64,000 nt of DNA from Basidiobolus meristosporus CBS 931.73 (lineage: Eukaryota > Fungi > Basidiobolomycota), in NCBI GenBank assembly GCA_002104905.1, contig MCFE01000042.1, positions 124,001-188,000 of the forward strand, in the 5' to 3' direction. The translations under genes and the position numbers were made by a program. Each line of letters starts with the position of its first letter. The first letter of the stretch is position 1. Below are positions 1 to 16,400 of this stretch, in pieces. Below the pieces are notes generated by a model, which did not search any database, had not been told where the DNA came from, and saw nothing but the letters and a program-made list of their open reading frames with translations.

Positions 1-41
1 CTTGTGTGCACTCAGAAATGATTGGTGCTATGATTTTGTAA

Positions 42-656
42 CTAAAATTCGCCCTGGATACCAGCCTACACTCGCTCCTGGCGACCACCTCCACATCAGC
101 CATCCCAAGGAAAAAAGCAAAGAAGAGCTATACGCACAGCACTTCGCTTGCTGCTTCAACTCCAATTCCTGTGCCTCAGCTCAACGGCTCGCCTCCGATG
201 CTACCACTACCCTCCAGCCTCCCAAATTCGCCTTCGATGGGCGGAATTCCTAATATGCTTCTAAATAACGAGTCTGATGCTTTCAAACATCCCATCGAGC
301 GAACAGCCAGCAGAACATCAGCCTGTATGGATGAAAATATGCCACAGGCAATATTGCTGGATGAATGCGGGTTCGAAGAGGCCATTTCGCACGACATCAC
401 CGAAGTGGAGAAGCCAGAGCTTTTACACGACGGACCTTCTGCGCAAGCATGTAAGCCAGGGATCCCACATACGTTGGCAATGTGTTGGGATCGAGCCAGA
501 CGGCCAACACCACCATCCGCTCTCGTGGACGTCATTGCATCGGACGGTTTGCTACGTAACCACGTAGAAAACCACCCAGTGAAAAGAAAACGAGAGATCT
601 CAAGTCAAAGCAAGACCAAGCCGAGTCATAAAACACGTAGTAAAAGGTACCTCTGA
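42..656 (+). CDS. 3' part of a hypothetical protein (Ser/Pro-rich, basic C-terminus); gene probably starts upstream of the window
   Basis: Stop-free frame 42..656 (LKFALDTSLHSLL...KRKREISSQSKTKPSHKTRSKRYL*) containing track ORF 171..656; no recognisable domain. Confidence 0.4.
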   Translation, partial: LKFALDTSLHSLLATTSTSAIPRKKAKKSYTHSTSLAASTPIPVPQLNGSPPMLPLPSSLPNSPSMGGIPNMLLNNESDAFKHPIERTASRTSACMDENMPQAILLDECGFEEAISHDITEVEKPELLHDGPSAQACKPGIPHTLAMCWDRARRPTPPSALVDVIASDGLLRNHVENHPVKRKREISSQSKTKPSHKTRSKRYL

Positions 657-1050
657 TTCGGAATAGCGTAGTAAACGATGTTTCTCATCTAATGCATACT
701 CATAGCAGGAAGGAGGACGTCACCATGCGTCTCTGGATGGCAGCACTGATCTCAGTTGCACTGTTTGGCACCGGGTTTTCAGTAGGATTTGGCGCAGGGT
801 ATGTACACGTACGCGCAAGTGTGAACCGTGGATATATGCTAACGAGAAACCTTCCTCGCCACAGGTATTTCCTGCGCTACTCTCGATTCTACGCCACCTC
901 ATGATCAAGACAACGCAATTTTTGGAGACATATGGACAACATAGCCTTGTGGCTGTATTTGCTAGATCTATGGACAATGTAACCTTGCAGCTAATCTTGA
1001 TGGCTAATTTATCCTAAGCTTAAGTCATCATTGCCACCCTAACCGCATAC

Positions 1051-1096
1051 CACAGCCAAATAAATCACCATCACGTACACAGCCAAATAAATCACC
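1051..1096 (+). repeat. 19-bp direct repeat x2 (CACAGCCAAATAAATCACC) upstream of DBP2
   Basis: Copies at 1051-1069 and 1078-1096, period 27. Confidence 0.8.
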
Positions 1097-1392
1097 CATC
1101 TAATCATGATTAAGAAATCACTATGCTGCATACCACCGATGATGAAGACTAGATGGGCACCATTGCGTACGGCACCCCTCAAACTCAAATAGATTAATCG
1201 CCCCACCCAAAGGCCGGATTTGGACGTAAGACTATTTTTGATCACGACCCTGATCAACCAGCATTTGGCTTTTCCATTTATTATGACTATTCATCGATTT
1301 TTTTTTCTTTTTTCTTCACGCTGCTTTTTACCCCATTTCAAATCGGATTATTCAATCAAGGATAAATTCCCTCGTGTCCCTTTGGTCTTTAA

Positions 1393-3836
<2,444 letters not shown>

Positions 3837-4096
3837 AGTTGACCAAGGTTGCCAGCCCACATAGTAGTATTGTTTTCCTTAATTTGATTTGATATATGTC
3901 TGAAAGAGGTGTGAGGGATTTTCATTGGCAAAAATACTGACCATCACATCAAACTTGCTCCTGGTGAATACTTCGCCATGAGCAGCATATACATTAGTTC
4001 AGACAACGTGAACCGTCTCGCCTGGACGGAACCTTAATCTCCCTTGAATACTTAGTTAGACTTGACTCTTGTCTGTGTATATACATTTTTCGAAAT

Positions 4097-4403
4097 AAAG
4101 GAAAGCTCGTTGTTTACTGATACCCCCTGGTCATCACTCCTACACTCCGTTGCTCGGCGATAGTGGATTTAGCTATCTGGCTGTTTATTTCGTATCAAAT
4201 GATTTCTATGTGACCGGATGCTTGGTGCTACAATCAACTCCCATTGTTCGGTCTTTTCGAAAAAAAAAAGGAAAGCTTGTTGTTTGCACTATGCCCATGG
4301 TCATCACTCCTGTTCCGTTGCTTGACAAATGTTGATTCAGTTATAACTATTTATTTTGTATCAAATGATTTCTATGTAATTGGATGCTTGGTACTACAAA
4401 AAA
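4097..4403. repeat. Diverged ~140-bp direct duplication (period 170) immediately downstream of the MDN1 stop
   Basis: AAAGGAAAGCT...GGTCATCACTCCT...GTATCAAATGATTTCTATGT...GGATGCTTGGT starts at 4097 and at 4267. Confidence 0.85.
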
Positions 4404-7400
4404 TTAACTTCCGTTGACAAGACTGAAGTACTGTCGAAGTGCGTCGGACAAGACCTCGGGTAGAGAGTTGATGTCCCGCAGAATCACGTAGTATTCGAAG
4501 GGGAAGGTGTCGAGGTATCTGACCATGGACATGGACAGCTTCCCGTTGACCGTCTTGTACTGAATCGAGTTGATCGCCATGATGGAGTCCTTCTCGGCCT
4601 TGTTGTCCAGGATGATGAAAACCACCATGATACGCTGTTCGGCCGCGTTGCGCACGAGGGCTTGCAGCTTGCCGTGGTCCTCACACACGCCATCGGAGAT
4701 GATCAGCTGTAGCTGCCAGAGCTCCGCGTTGCTGGACTGGCTGAACTTCCGGTCGTTGAACAGGCCAATGCTGGTCTCCATCAGTTGGGTGACGTTGGTC
4801 TTGGTCTGACGGAAGGTGAAGTTCTGAATCACCTGGGCCCCGGCATCCGAGGCGAATGGCTGGTCGAAGGGATGGACCAGCTTCACGTCCTGCCCGAAGC
4901 TCACGATCGATAGCTCACCGACCTCAAGCAGGGACAGCGACTTGGAGACCAGCGCGATGGTCTCGTACGCCAGTTGGATCGAGTGGGATTCGGACATGGA
5001 TTTGGAATCATCCACTGCGATCATCACTTGGTACTGACGCTTGCTGGGTTTCGTGCGTCGCAGCCAGATCTTGTCCTTCTTGAACTGCGAGGCGATGTAT
5101 GGGATGATCTTCTTCATGTTCAGTCGTTTTCCTGTACGGTAGTCTCCCTTCATCTTGGTGGCCAAGGTGGGCTCCAGGATCAAGCGTAGCTGTTCGCAGA
5201 GGCCTAGGGCAAGGTCGTGGGTGAGGAGTTCATATTGATGCCAGAGCTCGCGGGCATTGTTCATGGCTTCGCCGTCCTCTCTCCACTTGGTGAGGTTACT
5301 CTCAAGATCCTCCCTCATCTTCTCGATCTGATCCTGGGTCAAGGGCTCGATTTCCTCCCAGCCGTTATCTAGCTCCATGCTGCTCTTGCCAGCCCCCTCT
5401 TGAATACTAAGATCGTCGAGGTCGTCGGCAAGTTGGCGCTCCAGGTTCTTGCTGAAGAGAGAGCCGCCATCCGGATTCATCTTGCTATGAGCGAGTTCCT
5501 GTTCTTGGGCTTCTTGCTCGGGAATTTCCTCATCGACATTCATGTCAGCCACCTGCTCAGGGTCTTCCGTTTCTTCGGTTTCATCCATAGCAGCCAGGTC
5601 CTGGTTTTGCGCTTTTTGCATCTGCTCCTCGTTGGCGGTGCCAAGGGTGTCGGCCTCATGGTCCTCGTCGTCTTGAACGAATTCGAATTGGGATTTCTCG
5701 TTGACTTGCTCTTCTGCGTTCTCCGGTCTCTCCTGCTCCTCCTCCTCTTCCGACCTGGAGACGGTCTTGAGCTTCTTCCACTTCTCCAGAACCTCGCTCA
5801 AGCTTCTATGGGGGTTGGGCTCATTGTCTTTCTCGGTGGGGTTCTCAGTGTTTTCGTTCTGAGTATCCTGCACGGTTTGACCGTCGGTCGGCTTGGAGCT
5901 TTCATTCTGGGTGGATCTGGAGTCCTGCGCGCTTTGGTTGGGCTCGTCCGCGGCATCTTGATCATCATCCTCGTTGCCGGCAAAGCCAACCGCGCCAGCG
6001 CTGTTCATACCCGCATTGCTCTGACTGCCTGATTGAGGCTTGTCGGTTTCTTGGTCGGGCGCGTCGATGGGCTCTTCTTCTGGATTCTCACCGTCTTGAC
6101 CCTCGGCTTCTTGCTCTTCCTCCTCCGCTCCAATGCGGTTCTCCGGATCAACTTCTCCCTCTTCGTCGTTCTCTTCCTCGTTCTCATCCTCCTCCATTGC
6201 TTGGGCGGAGCCATCGTTCTTGGCCTGCTCGTCGTTCTCATCAGCCTCGTCATCGCCATCAGATTCGTCGTTCTCCGCTTCTTCGCCTGGGGCTGGGTTT
6301 TCTTCCCCTTCGGATTCTTCTGCGTTAGCGGGGTTTGATTCGTCAACGTCCATTCTATCGGTATCCGCATCAGCATCCTCATCCTCATCTCCTTCCCCTT
6401 CTTGCTCTCCATCGCTTTCTTCGTCTGAGGAGACTTCGGAGAGATTCAAATCTTCGGCAAGATCCAGGTTTCCAGCCTCGGGCATCTCCATGGGTTCAGC
6501 GTTCACACGATCATCCTGCTCATCTTCAGCATCTTCAGAGCCGCTCTCGTCGCCTTCGCTCTGTTGATCCTCCTTCTCGTCAGGCTGATCTTGGCCAGAC
6601 TCCTGAGCGGACTTCTCCTTCTCATCCTTCTTGTCGGAGCTATCCTTTTGCTCGTCTTCGTCCTTGGCGACCATTTCACTCTCCTCTTCACCGACATCCT
6701 GGTTGGTGTCGTCAAGGTCACGAGCGTTCTCTTCGTCCTCTCCTTCGTCCTCCCCGTCATCGCCCCAGATCTTCTCATCCACCGCATTCGGGTCCAAGTC
6801 ATCGAAATCACCCATCTGGTCCTCGGGCTCATCTTCCTCTTCGTCCGATTGATCCTCGTCTTCCTCCTTGTCGGACTCGATGATGTCCTCGAGCTTGCCC
6901 TCGAAATCGTTCTCCATATCAAGGCCGTTCTCCTCTTCTTTGGAGGTATCGTTGGTGTCGGGCTCTTGTGGCTGTTGGTCTTCGGTACCAAGAACCTGAT
7001 CTTCATCCTCGATTTCGTTGGAGACATCTTGGGCACCTGAGGTGTCGCCTTCACCAACGCCTGTGCCTTGGGCGTCGCCATCGTCCATTTCCTGGTCCTC
7101 AGATTCGATCTCTGGGACGCAGTAGCCCTTGGTGAATAGAGTCAGGAAAGTATTACACACCACCATGCACAGCTTGTTAAGTGCCTTGTGGTGCAACAGG
7201 AACTGATGCAGATGAAGGCAACTGATACTCATGTATTGCTCTAAGTAAGGAACACAGAGAGAAAGCACATGGGTGACCAGTTGCTCCAGCGAGCTATCGG
7301 AGCGGTCACGATTCATCAAAGCCGCTGCGCTATTGGAGATCTGCTGGCATGCTTGAACGACCCCGGCCATTCGAAGCATACGGGAGGACTGGACGAAGGT

Positions 7401-10400
7401 GTTGTGGGCATCGCTGATGTGGTTCTCACGCAGCCCGAATTCGTCGTAATCCTTGTAGCCGGATAGCTCGGAGTCTCGGGTCTTCTGAAGTTTTCTTAAC
7501 TCTTGCACGATCACCAACAAGCTTTGGATGAGCTTGGACACGCTGGTGAGGACCTCGGTCGGGAGTTCACTCTCCGCGGATGCGTCGCCAACTTGGCTGT
7601 GAAGCATCTCTGCATCGGTCGGGATGATTGGCGAGACCAGGTACTCCAACTCGGGATATCTCTGAACGTACTCATTCAAGGCAGCCTTGATGCTCTTCAG
7701 CTCGGCCTGGTTGTTATCCAAAATGGTGCAGATCTGACTGGTGAGAATGGACTCCATGCCGACTGCATACTTGGGATACATCGTGAACATCTCAAAGGCA
7801 GCACTGGTGGTGGATTGAAGACCCAAAATGGTTCGCAACACCGTCTCGAGGTCTTGTTTCGATGCGGTGTAGGCCTTATTGCTCACAAGGATATTGCAGT
7901 GTGCGTCCACCAGAAGAGTTGCTTTGTAAACACGCTCACTTAATCTATCCATCAGATGCTTCTGCGACTCCAGGGTTCTTCTAACATGCGAGTTCAAGGT
8001 AACCGTCTCCTTGGCTGGTGTCTTGGCGGACGGGGATAGGCCCTTCCACTGGCTGTACACGAGGGCGAGCGACTTGTAGGATTGGTCGAGCTTATGCATC
8101 ACCTCACGTTCTGTCATCACAAAGCTGAGCAAGTGTTCGGTGAATCCCATTCCCTTCTCCACTTCCTGGAGAGTTAAGTCCTTGGGCGAGTGGGTGGCTA
8201 TGTCTCTGAGGTAAGACATTCTGGCCAAGATCTTGTAGTAGTACTCGTTACTCTTGGACCATAAGGGAAGAATGGTGTCGCTGGCCCATTGATTGATTCT
8301 GGAAGACAACAAGCGTGTAGGTGTCGAGGTGAACAGTTCCTCGAAATCGATCTTTCCGAGTTGGCACACGTATTTGAAATCCGACTGTTTCATGGCCTGA
8401 GCGCGAACTCGGTATTTCAGACCGACCCGTCTCAGCTGCTTCAAGAAGTCCACCAGCGCCTTTCGTCGAATGGACTTCTGGTTCTTGAGCACCTTCTCGG
8501 ATTCCTTGGTGGCGGGTAGCACCATTTCTTGGAATTCCTTGATCTGGGCGATGATGTCGCCACTGAAGGAGTCCAACACCTGTCCATCCATGTACCGGTA
8601 GAGCTGGGTAATATCGTCCCGGCAGAATCTCTGGAACCGAGCCAGCAGTTGGGTATTCTTTTCAACGGAAAGCTCCTCGTCGAGTAGCTGATGCTCATAC
8701 GTCCGGATCGCATCTGAGGCATCTTGGGGAATCATCTTCAAAGAGTCTTGATCTTTCCAAAGAACCTCTTGCGCGGTCTGGACCACTACGGCCACCGACT
8801 TCCGCTTCTTGCCTTTCTTGCTTGACTTCTTGATTGGCTCCTTCGTCACGTTGAACGAGATGTCCGACATGTAGGTCTGGATAATCTGGGTGACTGGGTT
8901 ACGAAGGACATCCTTGTACTTCTTGATGAATTTGTTCAAGTGCTTGTGCGTTTTGGCCGAACTTTGCTTCAAAGCGTAGACGTTGATATCCTTCCAACTG
9001 GCGATCTTTACGTACTCAATCAGCTCCTTTTCAATGGGCTTGCGAAGCTTCTTGATCGCCTCGTCGACTGGCTGAAGGAATTGGCCGTAGTATTGGCAGA
9101 CGTTCCATACAGCATTAAGCACAGTGGTCCAGACATTCTTTCCTTCGTTGCTCAAGTAGTACTTCTGCTCCAGATGATGCGAGAAGGAGACCAGGAGCTG
9201 ATGTCTGGTCTTGAACTCGCCATACGAAGAGGACTGCAAAAATTGATCGAGAGCGGCCAACAGGTTGTTGAGATGCTCCTTGAGATCGCTCTCGGTTTGC
9301 TCTTCATCGATTTGCATATCGGTCAGGTTGGCGTAATCTGAACGAGCAGCCAACTCCCAGGATGGTTTGACCACGGAATTGTACAAATGGAACCACCAGG
9401 AAAGCGCACTCTCCTGGATGTATCGATCCTGGGCCTGAATCAGCTTCGACCAGCACTTCAGTTCAAGGTGTCTCCAGCTTACAATGAGGTTGATGATCTC
9501 ATCGAGGTTTTCCTTCAGAGAGAACTCTTTGCTCGTGTAAGCCTGCCAGTCCTCGGATTTCTGCAACAACAGCTCCAATCCGGTCAAGAACTTCATGATC
9601 GGAGAAGTGGCGGGGAATCCAGAGATGCGGCGTGCCACTTCCAAGATTTGGGCGAGGACAGCGTGCTCGGGCCATATATCCTGTAGCGACTTGACCCTCT
9701 CCATGAATTTGTTCAAGATGGGGACCAGGCGTCTGGTTTGCAAGACGTTCGAGTCCTTGTAGAAATCGTAAGTATCGTCGTGGTTCGAGTCTGGCGAGTC
9801 GGTAGAATAATCCTTCGACCAAATGGCAGTGACGTAAACGTGCGCGGCGCGACATTTGCGGTCTAGCTCGTAGGGAAGATGGCCACCGGCAATTCTGGCA
9901 AGATGGGTGGCGACGTTGTAGCTCTTCACGAACATCTTTTCGAAGTCTCCTTCCGCATCACCAACCTCGAACTTCTTGCAGTGTGCGACACTGAATCGAG
10001 AGACCAATGCTTCATGAAGATATGCTACTTGGGCGATGTCTTCCTCCGAAAGAGTGGTGGTCTCGACCTCAGAAAGAACGGTCTTCTTCGGTTTGGTACC
10101 TTCTTCTGGGTCGTCAGTTTCGCTCTTCTCCAAATCCAAAAAGTCGTTACGGAAGTCAGGGAAGAGTTCGCGCAGTTCTTGCGCCTCGATCTCTTCATCA
10201 GTCAGCGCAGTATGAACCTCCTCCTTGTGCTTGTATAGGCTCTGCTCTTCGATCTGGCGCTTCTTTCTAGCTTCCTCAGCCAATTGCCAGATGCCCATAA
10301 GTCTATCAAAGAGATAATCCGCGATTTCCAGGTGGCGCAAGTGGAGATATCCGCTAGACTTGGAGGCAACGAAGACCTTGTGAAGCACAGCATTGATATA

Positions 10401-13400
10401 CTGCATCAAGATCGACAGTTTCTGAGTGACGAGCTTGGACTCGTCAATGAGCTGCTTCAAAGTGCGAATGGTATCTGGATGCGCCAGGAACTCGATGGAT
10501 TCGTCCACACCTTCGTTTGGCTGGCTACTGGTGGAGCACAATAAGGCGTCGATGAGTTTGGTAAGGAAGCTTCCTTCCTCGTTGAGGAGATATTGGGAAT
10601 GGACCGACACCAACCGAAGTCCATACTTCAATTGCGAAATGGACACAAACACTGGCTGCAACACATCCTTATACAATGGATACTTGTACATCATGCGCTG
10701 CAGGAACTGCATTGTAGTATCCTGAAGAAGAAGCTCTCTGGAGATCGAGCTCTCATCGCAGCTGGTTTCAAGATCCCGGATCAATTCCATCAGATTCTGC
10801 TCATTGATGAGGTTGTTGCGCATGTATTGAAGCTCGTTGAAAAGGTTGTTGTATTGAGAGTCCTCTGGTCTAAGAACCACTTGCCCGGTGTAGTCCCGGA
10901 TTTGGCATCTGACTGCGTCTAAGCTGTCCTGTTTTTCCGAGATCAGTATATTCTCCTCTTGGCCGGTCATCATCACCTCAATCCCTCGCGAACGTCAAGT
11001 TCGTTTCTGAGCTCGTCTTGGCGCTGCTGAAGCACGTTCCATTTCATTCTAGCCTTGACAGCGGGATCGACCGGGTGCTCAGGGATGTAGGCTGCGATGA
11101 ATCCTAGCGAGATCCAGATCCATGACTTGCCTTGCTTTTTCATGGTCTCGAAGGATGAGTCCGAAAGGTAGGCTTCAGCCAATCCCATGATGGCTTGGGT
11201 GATGTACTTATCGAATACATTTGCCAGGGTGACATTGCTTCCACCATGTACCTCGGCCGATAGAGCGGCTACGGATTTCTTTACCTTGGCCTGTACCGCC
11301 CTCTTCTCGTCGGCACTCAGATTTGGTGTGGAGATCAGCTCGGAAATCGTTCTCTCAATCGAGCCCAGTGCGCCAATCAACCGTGTATAGGCTTCGGCTT
11401 GGAAGGCTGTTCGGAAGCAGTACAATAGTTGCTTGATGGTGGATAGGAGTATCGAAGCGTCCAGGGTATTGCGACTTGTGTGAGTGAGATTCTGCACAGT
11501 CAGATGGCTCTTGAGCTTTTGCACTGATTCCACCTTGCTACCATAAACATTCAAGGGGGCTGATTTCAAGGCATCCAAAAATGAGAAGCAGGTCGTCGTG
11601 TAGACATCCTGGAACAGTCTAGCGGGACCGTATGAATCATGATCCATGGGAGCGTCCAGCCCTTCAGGTATCTCGAAGCCGGGCTTATTATAGCTGGCTC
11701 TCCACAATCTCAGATGCCAAGAGAATATCAGATCTTGGGCAACACTGCGAACTTGAGAAATCACCTGCTCTTCATCTTCCTCGCTCTGGTTACTTAGATG
11801 CCAGAGTAATTTCTGGTAGCCCACGAAATCGTTGGGTGCCCGGGTGGTCGCGCTCAAGGAGAAAGTAAAGAACCGGGAGATTCGGTCGACTAGTTGCATT
11901 AGAGTCATATCAGCACCACTTAAGGTCAGAACTTTGTAGAGCTCCGCGAGAATCTCCATTTCCCAAAGCACGCTGGTGAAGTCCATCAACGGGGCCAATT
12001 CCAGCTTGGTGCTTGTTTGCAGCTCGCTCTGCTCCACCGGCTTTTCGGCCAGCTCCTTGTAATTCTGGAACTTGCCTCGAATGTGCTCCAGCATAGAATT
12101 CGTCGAGTCGATAATGACTTGAGTCTTGGAATCCTCGGTTGAGAAGTACAAACTGGCCAGCCCTTCTATGAAGGTTCGCTTGAGCTCAGCATCAGTGAAA
12201 ATCAATGGGTGGTCGTACTTCAGGCTAAACGAGCCCTTATTGTCGGATTCATAAAAGTCCCAGTCCTCTTGCAGTTTGGAGAACTGTTCTTCGATTGTAT
12301 ACAGCTCCATTGATGACAGAGTCGTGGGGTGCAACGCTTTCCATAGCATCTTCATTGTTTTACTTGAATGAAGGCCAATAAGCGAACTCATCTTGAATAC
12401 GATCTCCCCAAGAGGTTTCAGAGAGGGATCAGCTTGGAAAGCCTTAGTGGTAGCCTTAAGAAGCCACTGGACAGCAGTCGAGAGTTCACCGAAGTCCAAG
12501 TGGCTCTTCTGGACAACTTGCCAGAAGATATCCCGCTTATCAAGCAGCTGATGAGCAGCCAGAATGAATGTTTGCTGCACTCCATGGTGGAAAGATTCAA
12601 GCTTCTCCAAGACCCATTGACGAAGAGTGATCACTGTGGGGTACAACTGTGCGACAACGGGATTGGTAAGCTGCGACTCGGACAAGCGTCCTGCGTCGTG
12701 GCAGAAGGATTGCTGAACTAGATTCAGGTTGGAGATCTTGATTCTTTCTGCCCTGGAGAAGAGGGCCTTTTCCTCGTGTTCGATTCTCTTGATGCGAATC
12801 AGAAGTTCGAATGCCTCAGTTGAGATCTTGTAGTTGGCCCAGAGAACTGCTACACTCTCATTGGGCTGAGTGGCTATCAGTGTGTCCAAAGCTCTGAACA
12901 GGATGGGATTCATCTTCAGATTCAGTGGCTGGTTGCTCATGAAGCTCGAGTCTAGATTCATGGACGAAGTCAATGCTGACTTCTGCTCCTCCATGTAACT
13001 TGCCAAGGAATGCTGGGTTGTTTCATTAAGCAAATATTTCTCGACGCTCATCGAGTCGGCGGCCGTCGACAAGGTCTCATGGTTGGCAATGAAGTTCAGG
13101 AGTTGCATCCTTAGATCGATGTCAGCAATACAAGTGCTCTCGATAAAGTAGGTGGACGCGTACTGTATAGTTGCGTCCAATTTGGCAATCTGCTCGGCAT
13201 TGTCGGCCTCCATTGCACAACGCTTCTGTTGAAGTAAGTAGATCAAGTAAGCGCTCTGCAATACAACAGTTGCAAGTGCTGAATCCTTGCGTAGGAAGTC
13301 GCCATTAACCAAGTAAGGGAAATTTGCAGGAGAATAGAAGTTACTGCCAAGAGATTCCGATTTACCATCGCAAATCTCGGCCAGCTCACCCAGGATATCG

Positions 13401-16400
13401 CTCGCATGATCGTTGTCATCAGCAGATACAAGGTCCACGTAACTTAACGCCTCTTTCACAGCGGCAACCATGCTGGAGCCACGTTGCAGGAGCTCCACAA
13501 CCATGTGGACAAGCAAGGTGTAGTTGCGCGTGTTGAATGGCACCTTGTATGAGTCGGTCGAGGAGTGGATGTCCCTCAACAACAATGGGAACTTACTGCC
13601 AGGAATCCCCATATTGTTAGCAAGACGGATAATATCCTGATCATCTGAAGACCAACTTTGAGGCAATAAGACTATTTCGACACCACGATTTCTCATAGCA
13701 CGCGACAGTTCTCCGTTCTGGGGATCGACAGTCATGAACAAGCGGAAGTTTTTGTGGGGTTGAATGATCTTGACCTCGCCGTCAACCAGACCTCTTTCGT
13801 TTACCATCAACACACCGTTAGTCTCGAAGAGCGGGTTGAGACGATCCAGAATTGAGGGATTACACAGATTGGCGTTGTCGATCAAAATCCAGTGGCCCTG
13901 TTCAAGCGCTTCGATAAGCACACCATCAATCCACTCGAATTTTCCGCTGACGGTCTCCTTCTGCATCACCTTCAGAACGTCGATCATCGACGTGATGCCG
14001 GATAAATCCGATTCAGAGGGTACAGTGTCATTGGAGATGGAGGTTAGGCTGAACTCTTGAATGCTCTTACGGATGATGCTGATCTGATGCTCAGCAAGAG
14101 AGCAGTCGAACTCCGATTCGCTTTGGGATTTGGAGACGTCCAATGAGGTATGCTGCTGCTCCAACGCAAACAGGTTGTTGCTGAGTTGTTGAAGTTGTGT
14201 TGCAACCTTGGTTTGGTCTTCAAGCTGCATGGTCAAAAGCAGCTTGGATAGACGGTATGTAGCATGACGCAAGCCATCCAAAATCTTTTGACGGTATCTG
14301 GCAAGCTCCACTTGCTCGAAGCCACCAAGGAGCTCCATAGTGTCGACACCGCTATTCATCGAGAACTCCTCCAGCACATTGCCCGTAAGCTGTGCCAAGA
14401 GCCGAACGAGACTGGTTTTGCCAGATCCGGAGGACCCGGTAACAATGGCCATCCAGTTCATCTCCACGCACTTCATTACTGCTTCCAAAGGACCAAGCAT
14501 GGTATGCAGCAAATGCAACTGCTCGCCAGTCAACTTCTCGGTGGTGTTGTGTCTTCTGGGGAGAATAGAATGGCCAACTTGAAGATGGGATTGATTGACT
14601 TGATAGAATGGGTGTTCGGCGCGCTTGTATGTAGTCTGGAAGACTTGATTGTACAGCTTGATGGTGTACTCTCTGTCTTCTGGAGTCCTCATGCGCTTCA
14701 GGTAAATCATGTCGAGATACTCTGCTGGACTGGTGATGCATTTAAGCCCGTGGTCGTTGTTGAGTAGGTCAAGCCACCTGAAGACATCACGCAGATTGAA
14801 TTCCCAGGGGCTACCCTTCAATCCGAAGCTTCTTCGCACCATAGTTTCCTCGTGCATGCGGTTGTTGAACTCGATGACCTTTTCCAATTCGCCGATGCTC
14901 ATGTTGGGGAAGGAATGCTGGCAAATGAAGAGTAAGTCCTCCTTCACAAGCTGGTCAACGTACACTTGCGTGAAACGATTCAAGAAAGATTTGGGCAAGC
15001 CCTTACGGCCACCTCCCTGCTGGATAGGATTCTGAGCAGCGAAGATTCGGAACTCCTTGGCGCAACCAAACGAGCGGTCCAATTCGGGAATGTACACACT
15101 GCCTCTATGATCAAGACATGAGTTCAAACCTTCAAGCACAGATTGGGAAGCAAGATTGATTTCATCCAAAAGAACCCAATCACCGGACTGCATCGCTTGC
15201 AAGAATGGGGCATCACGCCAAGCGAATTCTCCACTCTTTCCACCTTCGACCGGCAGATCTGAGCCAAATAGATCCATAAGGTCCGTTTGCTCCGACAAGT
15301 TGATTCTCACGAGGTTACGCCCAGAAGCGGACGCCAGAGCGGAGATCAAACTGGTCTTGCCCACGCCAGGACTACCTTCCAGGAGGATGGGCTTCTTGAT
15401 CTGAAGTCCTCGGAGCACTCGGACCAAGTTGGAAAATGTGGTGGGTGCGCGGAGAGCAAACTTCACCTTGTGGTTGGTTTGATTTCCCTTGGAAATGAAG
15501 AATGGAGCAACACCAAAGTGCGCCGGAGTCGACTCGATCTCGGTAGATATCCCGTGCAGATCGATGGTGCTCATGCTGGATAACTCTTGGCCTGAAAGAC
15601 GAGCGATGCACTCCATCTTGAAGTTTTTGAGTGCCTCGCCCGAAAATACAGTTCCTGGGGAGCCGTTGGAGCCAATTCCATCTAGCAAAACAAGAGAGCC
15701 ACCATGAATGAAGGAGCCCTCGGCACCCAGCTTGTCCGATGCCTCGTTTATGAACTCAACCCATGATAGAATATCACGAAGACTGATGATCGACCGGTCC
15801 TTGCCTAGAGCCTTGGCATACCAATTGATGAAGTCCAACATCTTGCTGGCGAAAGGCTTCACTTGCTCATCCTTGATGCGCTCTTGAATGATCTGCTTCA
15901 GGTCCCCTTCGTCGGTAACAGAAGGCACCCAGATTTCGGTGAAACGGTTTCTTAAAGCTGGCGAAAGCTCCTTTTTACCGTAATCACCACCAGGATTCAT
16001 TGTAGCCAAGAACTGGAACTTGTGGTGCGCGGTTAGCTCATCAACATGGGCTCCTCCCTTCTCGGCAAGCACTAATAGTCGATGAGGCTCCAAGACAGAG
16101 TTCAGTCTTTCCAACACTGAGTCGTCAGCAAGTGAGATTTCGTCTAGCAAGAAAAGATCACCGCTCTTCATGGATTGAACAAGAGGACCATCGTGCCATT
16201 CAAACAAGCCAATGGATTTCTTGTACAAGCTACGGATGAAGTTGATTTCTTGCACGGTGGCTTCATCGTCGTGTCCTAGCAGGCAGTCAGATTTTACATG
16301 GGCCTCGAAGAATGCCATCACATCATCAATCTCGTACTCAGATATCAGTTGCTCGGCCTCTTCCGCGGAAAAGTGTGCCCTAACGAAGGGGTGCAGATGC

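Noticed and set aside
5400-7100. Many long plus-strand ORFs (e.g. 5400..6032, 6564..7040) with hydrophobic translations
   Set aside because: Antisense shadows of the D/E-rich region of MDN1; no independent motifs
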